Assembly: GCA_964016885.1 (NCBI GenBank)
Contig: OZ024742.1
Location: forward strand, 359,042,001-359,106,000
Source of the DNA: Eledone cirrhosa
Lineage: Eukaryota
DNA length: 64,000 bases
Direction of reading: 5' to 3'
Shown here: one piece after another, positions 55,712 to 64,000 of the stretch
How the letters are laid out: every line of letters begins with the position of its first letter
Position numbering within the stretch: the first letter of the stretch is position 1
Notes under the pieces: model-generated
What the model saw: only the letters and a program-made list of their open reading frames with translations
What the model was told of the DNA's origin: nothing
Database searches by the model: none
Position numbers and translations under genes: made by a program

Positions 55712-56458
55712 TTGCACATGCGCGACATATTCGTAAGCCTTAGCCAGGCTAACAAGATACTGAAAACCACCATGTTCTGTTGTCTACGAAAAACCATAAC
55801 ATCTCGACAACTATACTTCATAAAGCAGTGTGCCTCATCCAGCATCTACACCAACACCATCAATATCGACGTTAGAAGATTACAACTCACCAAAAAACAA
55901 GCAGATAGGCTAAAACGAACATTAATTCTAAACATAAAAAAGATCTATAGAGAATTAAGTCATCAAGAAAAACAAAAGCGTAACCTAATACAAGAAATAG
56001 CTAGGATCACCACACCAAGAGAGAAACTAATATTTATAAGCCTTATACGCCCTGAAGAACAGTATATTATTCAAGAATGTGATAAGCACTTTAACAGGAA
56101 ACTAAAGTGGCTTAAACAGATAAAGCTAAATCAGGATACTATAGAGTATACCAATAGATATCCCGACAAAATTGACGGTATAAACATGGCCGACACCTCA
56201 TTAACAGAAGAGTTCAACAACAAAAACACCAATATATATGGGAACGCAAAAATAGATAATGACGAGATGTCTGTGTTGTGTTTGCCCCCGAAATTTGCGA
56301 CATTCAAGAAGGTAAATATGATTAGTTGTCTGTCAGAAATAGAAAAAATCATTTACAAAACTACGCTGGCGCATCAAAAACCAAAGCAACAATATACGCA
56401 CACACATATACAACACACATCCCAACAACAACAGACACACAGCCACAAACAACAATAA
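55712..56458 (+). pseudogene. N-terminal part of the same PLE ORF, out of frame across an (ACA)n tract
   Basis: Basic helical N-terminus with VLCLPPKFA (PLE LGPKF-like motif); frame broken around the low-complexity tract 56350-56660. Confidence 0.65.
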
Positions 56459-56636
56459 CAACAACACACACATCAACAACAACAACAATAACAACATACC
56501 CAGAAACAACAACAACAGACACGCAGACACAAACAACAATAACAACACACACAACAACAATAACACACACGGAGACAACAACAACAACACACATCAACAA
56601 CAGCACACATCAACAACAACAACACACACGCATTCA

Positions 56637-59333
56637 ATGCCTCTCACCACCACCACAATCTTAACAAACACACAGACACAGAAAACAAGTAATGACAGTA
56701 GCACAGAAATCACAGAAATAAGGGAAAGTAATAGGATTAAAAGGAGAAGGGAGACTAAGGACAAAGAGAATAACCAAGACGAACACACAGACACACAAAA
56801 TAGGGTAGATAACAACATTGAGCCAGTGGAAAGAGACAGGAGTAATTATGAGAGACATAGAAACAACCATGAGGCTGTTAGTGGAAATAGAAATAGAAAC
56901 AACACAACTAACAATAACAATAGCACTAGTACACATAAAGCAGCAGCCTGGAACTCTCCGTTTTATAATCCCTCCGATAAATCATTCGACCTGCGACGAG
57001 TTAACGCCACGACTTTACCATTTAACAAACGCACGCAATTGCCGTCGCAGGTCGATGAACAAACAGAAGCACAATTTAGTATAGCTAGATCCGAACTTAG
57101 AAATATTATAGAACAGTATAGCAAGAAGCATATTAGAATGGAGGCCCAGCAACTGGGAAAAAAATTTGCAAATGGCTTGCGTAAGCTCATGCAGCGCTCG
57201 CGTAATGGAGAGATAGCATGCTTTCCAACAGACAAGTCTGGCAGAATGTCGGTTGACAGCCTGCCAAACTACATCCAGGCAATGCAACCCCACATCACTA
57301 ACACAAGAGAGGTAACACCACAGGAGCATGAGGATAGAGAAAAAGCCCTCAATGCCCATATGGTGATGTGGACGAATATAATGCAGCCCAACAAAAGGAC
57401 TGCCAACAACTTCCAGGCCTGTAACAATGACGTGCCGGCGTTGTATGGGCTTCGAAAAGACCATAAAACGGGCTGTGACCCTGTCGCGGGACCACCAACA
57501 CGGCCAGTCTGTGGAGCTAACATCGCTAGTAACTACAGACTGTCCTACTTCCTCTCGCTGATCATACGCCCCATCATTGAGATGTCCCCAGATGTATGTG
57601 ACAGCACGGAGGACCTCCTCAGCAGAATCGGCGTGGGTAACCGATCTGGGGACCTAACAAACTGCATAATAGGCAGTATGGATGTTGTGTCCCTGTATCC
57701 ATCTATTGACGTGGATTTTGCTGTGGAGAAATGCGTAGAAATGATCAGCGAGAGCAAGGTTGAGTTCCGTGGGATTGATACCAGTGAGCTGGGACTTCTA
57801 CTTAAGCTTACCTATAGTAATAGTTATCTAGACACATATGACCTTAGCAACCTGTGCCCTACAAGACCAGCAAGAGGCAGACCACCTACAATTACCTCAA
57901 TGGCCAAGAAAACCCACACAGATAGATGGAACGGGTGGACCAGAGCCATACGGACACCCGAAAATCACGATGAACTGAAGAAAATGATTGCACATGCGGT
58001 AGGGGCCAGCATAAAACTAACCCTTAAGGAACATATGTTCAAATTTAATGGAAAAACATATGCCCAAGAGGAAGGAGCAGCCATTGGTGTTAGCATTGCA
58101 GGCGACATAGCTAACTTATTCATGGTATGGTGGGACAGTAGACTTAAACTTAAACTTAAAGAGCAATTAGAAGACAGCTTAACCCTGATAATGTACTCCC
58201 GCTACGTAGATGATATAAACATCGTAGTTAAGACACCCCCACTAGAGAACAGTCAGGAACTAGAGAAAAACACAATGGAAAGCATCCAGCAAATAGCAAA
58301 ATCCATCCACCAGAGCATTAGAGTTACTATAGACTACCCAAGTAGACACCCCAACCATCGATTACCTGTACTAGACACAGAGCTCTGGTTAGATACCATT
58401 AACAACCAAAAACAAATCCTCCACTCCCATTATTCCAAACCCATGACTTCCAAACATCTGATCCACCGAAACTCGGCCATTTCGGACCATACCAAAATCA
58501 ACATACTGATTGCGGATTTGGTACGGGTGATGAGAAATGTGTCCCGCATGTGCAACCCCGAAGAACTAGAGAGACACATACAACACTTCATCCACCGTAT
58601 GCAGTTCTCTGGCTACAATCAGAGAGATAGAATCAGAGTGTATAGAGGACCCAGAACCAAATGGGAAAAAATGGTAAATAATGACATAAATGGGACCTGC
58701 CCCTTGTATAGGAGCAAATTTTGGAATAGAATAAAAAGAACTAGGAACAAGGCTAATAGAATAAACTCATGGTATGATAGCAAAAAATACCAGAGTGTAA
58801 TGTTCATCGATACAACCCCTAGAGGCGAACTAGCCTACAAATTTAGAAGGGCCCTAAATAAACATAAACTCAATATTAAGATAGTAGAAAGACCAGGTAC
58901 CTCCGTAAAAACACTTATTAGCAAGACATACCCGTTTCAAAGACCCTCATGTATAGATAAGAAATGTATAACCTGTAAAATAAGCCCCCATATTAACTGT
59001 AAAACTAGAAATGTAGTGTATAGCATAAGATGTACTGAAGGACAATGTAGAAACAAAAATATAGTGTACATAGGTGAGACAGCTCGTAGTATAGGGGAAC
59101 GGATAAATGAACACTGGCGAGACCTTCAAGATAATAAAGAATCATCTGTACTCTACCAACATGCTAAGATAGAACACAAGGGTAAATTAGAGAACATAGA
59201 AATAAAAATAGAATCTACACACAGAAAAGATGCAATGTTTAGACAAATTAGAGAGGCAATAAACATAAAAGAATTACAACCAAAATTAAATAGAAAATAT
59301 GAGTGGAACAGCAACATCACAACTTACAATTAA
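56637..59333 (+). CDS. PLE reverse transcriptase + C-terminal GIY-YIG endonuclease
   Basis: PTDKSG, LYGLRKDHK, TRPV, SMDVVSLYPSI, QEEGAAIG, YSRYVDD, LPVLD; VVYSIRC...VYIGETARSIGERINEH...EA...LNR; Cys-rich linker C..C..C...C. Confidence 0.93.
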   Translation: MPLTTTTILTNTQTQKTSNDSSTEITEIRESNRIKRRRETKDKENNQDEHTDTQNRVDNNIEPVERDRSNYERHRNNHEAVSGNRNRNNTTNNNNSTSTHKAAAWNSPFYNPSDKSFDLRRVNATTLPFNKRTQLPSQVDEQTEAQFSIARSELRNIIEQYSKKHIRMEAQQLGKKFANGLRKLMQRSRNGEIACFPTDKSGRMSVDSLPNYIQAMQPHITNTREVTPQEHEDREKALNAHMVMWTNIMQPNKRTANNFQACNNDVPALYGLRKDHKTGCDPVAGPPTRPVCGANIASNYRLSYFLSLIIRPIIEMSPDVCDSTEDLLSRIGVGNRSGDLTNCIIGSMDVVSLYPSIDVDFAVEKCVEMISESKVEFRGIDTSELGLLLKLTYSNSYLDTYDLSNLCPTRPARGRPPTITSMAKKTHTDRWNGWTRAIRTPENHDELKKMIAHAVGASIKLTLKEHMFKFNGKTYAQEEGAAIGVSIAGDIANLFMVWWDSRLKLKLKEQLEDSLTLIMYSRYVDDINIVVKTPPLENSQELEKNTMESIQQIAKSIHQSIRVTIDYPSRHPNHRLPVLDTELWLDTINNQKQILHSHYSKPMTSKHLIHRNSAISDHTKINILIADLVRVMRNVSRMCNPEELERHIQHFIHRMQFSGYNQRDRIRVYRGPRTKWEKMVNNDINGTCPLYRSKFWNRIKRTRNKANRINSWYDSKKYQSVMFIDTTPRGELAYKFRRALNKHKLNIKIVERPGTSVKTLISKTYPFQRPSCIDKKCITCKISPHINCKTRNVVYSIRCTEGQCRNKNIVYIGETARSIGERINEHWRDLQDNKESSVLYQHAKIEHKGKLENIEIKIESTHRKDAMFRQIREAINIKELQPKLNRKYEWNSNITTYN

Positions 59334-59541
59334 GGACAAAATGAAAACACACAGACACATAGAACAAACAACCAACCAATAACATGTAAATAAATAAATA
59401 AATAAATAAACAAATAGATAAATGAACATAAACACACCCGGATGTGGCGCATGCGCAAACTGAGCACAAAACACACACACAGAAACAAAATGGCGTAGGA
59501 CAGAAGAAAGGAAAGGCACAGAAACAAAGAAAGGAATCCCC

Positions 59542-59586
59542 AGTCACTGAAGAGGTCACAGAGTGTGTGACGAAAGGACTATGACT
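59542..59586 (+). ncRNA. Minimal hammerhead in the PLE 3' pLTR (identical mirror copy 54653-54697, minus)
   Basis: AGTCA-CTGAAGA-g-GTCAC agagtgt GTGAC-GAAA-G ga C-TA-TGACT. Stem I 5 bp, extra G after A9, 2-bp stem III. Confidence 0.85.
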
Positions 59587-59736
59587 ATATATAAACAACT
59601 ATCTGGTTGTGGAACCAACCAACCAACCAGAAATTTATTAATTTGTAAATTTGTAAATTTATAAATATATAATAAATTGAAGTGAAAGCAACTGGTGCGT
59701 GTGCTTCTTATTAGCAACATGACCCTCCCAAAGTAT

Positions 59737-59791
<55 letters not shown>

Positions 59792-59898
59792 TTCTCACAC
59801 ATATGTACATACCTTATATTATATATACATATAATCTGAGGGCGGTGGATATATATATATGCATTCTCACACATGTGTATATATATATATACATATAT

Positions 59899-60005
<107 letters not shown>

Positions 60006-60010
60006 TATAT

Positions 60011-60668
60011 ATCACTGATGAAGGACTAACTTTATTCATATGTAACCCATTAGCAACCACGCAGCACGTTTATTCTCATATTTACACATATTTTCCCCCC
60101 GCTGTGACCCGTCTATTTCGTTCTTACTGCTTCCTCTTTCTCTGTATCTTTACCCTCTCTAACAGTCACTCTCTCTGTTAGCCTCTTCCTCACCCTTCAC
60201 TCACTCACTCTCTGTTACCACCTCTCCTCCTCCCCGTTTGACCTGTGCGTAATTCTTTTCTTTCGCACCCTTGGTCAGGCAGGTCGCTTTTTTTCTCTCT
60301 CTAGTCTACGATTTCACAGGACTTACGTTCACCGAATTCACAGACTAGATCCCTTCTCCCTCCCGTTAGACCTGTACGGAATTCCTTCCTTGCTCACATT
60401 CCAACCAGGTTTGATGGTCTTTATTCTCTCTCGTTCACGATTTCACCGAACTTATATTCATGGAAATTTGGGACTTGACTGCTTCTTCCTCACTTTTCAT
60501 TGCCTCACCATCTTTGTTTGTTTACACTCTCGTGTCCCCTTTATTTACGTGTCCCAACGACTTTTTTTACCAGTTGCTCGCACCAACCGGAGGTATATGG
60601 TCTTTAAAGCAATGAAATACCAATGATGGTTGGAAGATCACTGATGAAGGACTAACTTTATTCATATA
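60011..60668 (+). mobile_element. ~650-bp (TA)n-inserted element with 31-bp direct repeats carrying an HHR 5' half
   Basis: ATCACTGATGAAGGACTAACTTTATTCATAT at 60011 and 60638; pyrimidine-rich interior. Confidence 0.65.
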
Positions 60669-60992
60669 TATATATATATACAGATTGTGTAGAGAGAGTT
60701 GAAGTTTTTTATGACAGGATAGTGAGTTGCATAATATATACTGGAGTAATTGGTGTTATATACACAGTTGTCTGCTATTTAGTTGGTGTTGTATATTGAG
60801 AGTATATTAGCGTGTCTATATTATTTAAATATTTTAATTGTATAAGGTAAGAGATCAAACAGGTGTTTATTGACAGTATGTAGGTTAGTGTGGTCTTTTA
60901 ATTAAGGTGTAGTCCTATATTCATTAAGGTCTAATTGGATAAATTAAAAAGTAGTGGTCTAGTGTTATCACGGACATTGGTCTTTATTTTTA

Positions 60993-61039
<47 letters not shown>

Positions 61040-61042
61040 GTT

Positions 61043-61172
61043 ATTGTTATTCCTTGAATCTCAGTCATTGATGTTTGTTAACTGGAAAGTCCGTTGGATT
61101 GAATATCAAGCCACTACCTGCAGCCTCAGATATTCAGGACGTATCGGAGGGTTCTTGCTGTTCCAAGCAAGC
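61043..61172 (-). mobile_element. R4/Dong LINE extreme 3' remnant inside (TTA)n
   Basis: Matches 62640-62766; encodes ACLEQQEPSDTS, a frameshifted version of ACLLGTAR.LRYVLNI; (TTA)n on both sides. Confidence 0.85.
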
Positions 61173-61227
<55 letters not shown>

Positions 61228-61254
61228 TTTTTTTTTTTTTTTTTTTTTTTATTA

Positions 61255-61760
61255 GTTACTAGGTTTGAAGTAGTGGAACGAGAATCTATGGTAATGTGGA
61301 CACGTGGAGAAAATCTCTGATTTCCTGTTTAGTAGGCTAAGGCTAGAGTGAATAATATTTCTTGACTCGAGGATGCAAAGGTTACAAAATGTGTTATATG
61401 GTCTATATGAAGGGGCATTATCTATCACTTCCCATTTTTAAGGTGTATGGTATATTACATGATTTTAAGGAGTGTATGTATGTGGATAGTGAGGTTACGT
61501 TGCTAAGTTTAGGGTTCTGAACGAATCAAGTTGTTAATTATATCTGGTCTTAAAGCTATTCGAAGTTGAGCCTATATATACTTTCGAAATGTGATTAGCG
61601 GTTACAGTACCGGAGTAGATAATGTCTTTAATAAGGCAGTTCTTATTTAATGGGCATGTCTTATTAGGTCTACAATTACAATTGTTTTGGTAACTAGTAT
61701 ACTAGTTAAGGGGGTATGCATTTGAGTGGTTGTTTCTGTTTCTACTTCTAGTATTATGAT
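61255..61760 (-). pseudogene. PLE GIY-YIG remnant
   Basis: Hand translation: NNCNCRPNKTCPLNKNCLIKDIIYSGTVTANHISKVYIGSTSNSFKTRYN*...CNLC...LLNRKSEIFSTCPH. Confidence 0.85.
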
Positions 61761-61788
61761 TATGGTGAGTACTATTATTGTTGGTATT

Positions 61789-61966
61789 GAAGGGCGGTGG
61801 ATTGGCAGTATCGGTAGAGGGTCGGACGCCATGCTTTCCAGCATAGTTACGTCCCTTTACGATCTGAGTTCAAATCCCACCGAGGTTGACTTTGCCTTTC
61901 ATCATTGTGGGGTCGATAAAATAAAGTACCAGTAATTGCTGGCCTTGTGCCTAAAGTAGAAACAAT
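61789..61966 (+). mobile_element. Nin-type SINE with 16-bp TSD
   Basis: TATTATTGTTGGTATT at 61773-61788 and 61967-61982. Confidence 0.9.
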
Positions 61967-62412
61967 TATTATTGTTGGTATTATTTGTGTCTTGCTGTAT
62001 AGTCTTGTACTGTGTTATTGTTCAGATTAAAAAAATGTGTTACTTCTTCTATTCTTCTTATGGTTGTTATTCATACTACTGCTTACTGTGGTTCACAGGA
62101 AGTAATAATGTCCAGCATAGAAATAACCTGAACAATAACATGGTCATCTTGTTACGAATAGGCAGATCTCGCTTAATACAGCCTCGAAAGAAGAATAATG
62201 CTTGCCTATAGCAGGCAATAGATACACCCAGGACACCGTCGTGAAATACAAATATATGGAACATTACATTCATGTAACCATCTTTCTTTACCTTATTTTA
62301 TATTCCTTATTCCATCGTACCTTTATTAATATTTTCATTATCTCTTTTGAAGTTCTGAAGAGACGCTTCATTTTTACCTACGTTAATTATATTCATCTGA
62401 ACCAGATCAATA

Positions 62413-62599
62413 ATTGTTTCTACTTTAGGCACAAGGCCAGAAATTACCCAGTACATTACTGGTACTTTATTTTATCGACCCCGTAAGGATGAAAGGCAAA
62501 GTTAACCTCGGCAGGATTTGAACTCAGACTGTAAAGGGACGTAACTATGCTAGAAAGCATGGCGTCCAACCCTCTACCGATACTGCCAATTCACCGCCC
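62413..62599 (-). mobile_element. Nin-type SINE with ~16-bp TSD
   Basis: CTGAACCAGATCAATA at about 62397 and 62599. Confidence 0.9.
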
Positions 62600-62627
62600 T
62601 GAACCAGATCAATAGATCAATAAAAGC

Positions 62628-63317
62628 ATTATTATTATGATTGTTCTTTGAGTCTCAGTCATTGATGTTAGTTAACTGGAAAGTTTGTTGAAATGAATAT
62701 CAAGCCACTACCTGCAGCCTCAGATATTCAGGACATATCGGAGGTTTCTTGCTGTTCCCAGCAAGCATGCCTTTTGAAGCGTTCCAAAAAGCGTGAAGGG
62801 GCCGATTTTCTTTAACCATCCCTGGAAACTTTTGGAGATAGTCCCCAGTGCGCCTATGACAATCGGGATCACTTTGACTTCATGGCAGTTCCAAATCCAT
62901 TTTACCTCCCACTTTAAGTCCTGGTATCGGTTAATTTTCTCCCTCTCCTTCTCTTGCACTCTCGTGTCGAATGGGCAGGCCACATCCACAATCAGACACG
63001 ATCTTTTTTCTTTGTCCACAACCACCAGGTCAGGTCTATTGTGTTCCAGTTTCTTGTCCGTCTGTATCCTAAAATCCCACAGCACCTTCACCTGATTGTT
63101 CTCCAACACCGCCTCTGGCCTATGCTCATACCATTTCTCAGAATGTGGTAAATTGTTCACTTTGCACAGGTGCCAGTGGATCACCCTGCCCATCACATCA
63201 TGTCTCCAGCCCTTATAGTGGGTCTGGGCTAGGTGTTTACACTCGGATACAATGTGAGCCACAGTCTCCAGATCCTGCACAGTGGGCTAGCCTCCTCCTT
63301 GTAAATATGGTGTTTCA

Positions 63318-63318
<1 letters not shown>
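62628..63318 (-). mobile_element. 5'-truncated R4/Dong-clade LINE (CCHC knuckle + restriction-like endonuclease)
   Basis: CRIC(frameshift)..ETVAHIVSEC, RHD, VLWD, NRPDLVVVD...DVACP...EKINRYQDL, PIVIGALG, LQKACLLGTAR; TTA repeats on both sides. Confidence 0.92.
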
Positions 63319-63349
<31 letters not shown>

Positions 63350-63350
<1 letters not shown>

Positions 63351-64000
63351 AGTTGCATTTATCTTGCTTTATGTTCATACGAGTTATCACCAAGTCACAA
63401 CCAGTGACCTCAAGAGACAACAAGGTCCGCCATGTTCAAGAAAGAACATACATATTCACACATGCATCTTTAGTGTTTAGACTTGTGATGTACTTATATT
63501 GAAAGAATCTTCCTTAGTATATAGGCAGTTCCCATTAGTACTATCTTTTGTATTTCTCCTATACGCGGGTTTCCTGGGATTTGCGATAGGTAATCATTAG
63601 ACCCCTTAGATATCATTCCCAGAGCGCCTACAACCACTGGTATTGTTTTAGTTCTCAATTTCCACATTTTTCCAATTTCTATCTCCAGGTCCTTATACTT
63701 GCTCAATTTTTCAAATGTTTTTATAGATACATTCTTGTCTATTGGAACAGACATATCAATTAGCAGGCATACCCTCCTTTGAAAGTCCTTCAATATTATA
63801 TCAGGTCTATTTGCATCTATTGTTCGGTCTGTTTGGATGCTAAAGTTCCACAAGATTGAGATGTGATCTTTTTCAAGTATGGGAGGTGGTTGATGCTCCC
63901 ACCAATTCTTTTGATGGGGCAGGTCAAAATGCTTACACATTATCCAATGTATGTATTGTGCAGCTCTGTCATGCCTGTTTAGGTATTCGGTTGGAGCTAT
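63350..64000 (-). mobile_element. Second R4/Dong-clade LINE, 3' part, running off the window
   Basis: NRHD (near 63970), ILWN, NRPDIILKD...IDMSVP...EKLSKYKDL, PVVVGALG, IQKIVLMGTA; 3' UTR ends in (TTA)n. Confidence 0.92.

Larger units (their letters stand above)
54645..59592 (+). mobile_element. Penelope-like element with an inverted 5' copy of its 3' end (54645-55711 = reverse complement of ~58534-59592)
   Basis: ORF 54918-55586 (minus) repeats the C-terminal ~220 aa of ORF 56637-59333; head-to-head inverted pLTR arrangement. Confidence 0.92.

Overview
AT-rich, microsatellite-saturated animal genomic DNA with no convincing host protein-coding exon. The SINE repertoire (tRNA-headed SINEs with a Nin/Deu-like or CORE-like middle) and the (TA)n/(CA)n load suggest an octopus genome; this is inference. 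Contents: an ~8.1 kb 29-bp satellite; an intact RTE-clade LINE (APE-RT plus three C2H2 fingers, preceded by a short overlapping uORF); two long Penelope-like elements (PLE), one with tandem and one with inverted pseudo-LTRs, plus a third GIY-YIG remnant; R4/Dong LINE 3' fragments in (TAA)n; many SINEs and RTE-derived non-autonomous elements; and 48-bp and 20-bp minisatellites. The main hidden signal is RNA. Reading by eye I find about 20 type-I hammerhead ribozyme (HHR) motifs, intact or degenerate, from more than ten sequence families. Four lie in the pLTRs of the two long PLEs. Most of the rest lie in 0.1-0.7 kb non-coding elements, often fold-backs lodged in or beside (TA)n, with the HHRs facing outward and the inversion points at or near the ribozyme. 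Several have greatly extended stem II, palindromic stem III (dimer type) or a U3-A8 core. All structures were paired by hand and no database search was run. Nearly all short ORFs in the track are microsatellite artefacts.
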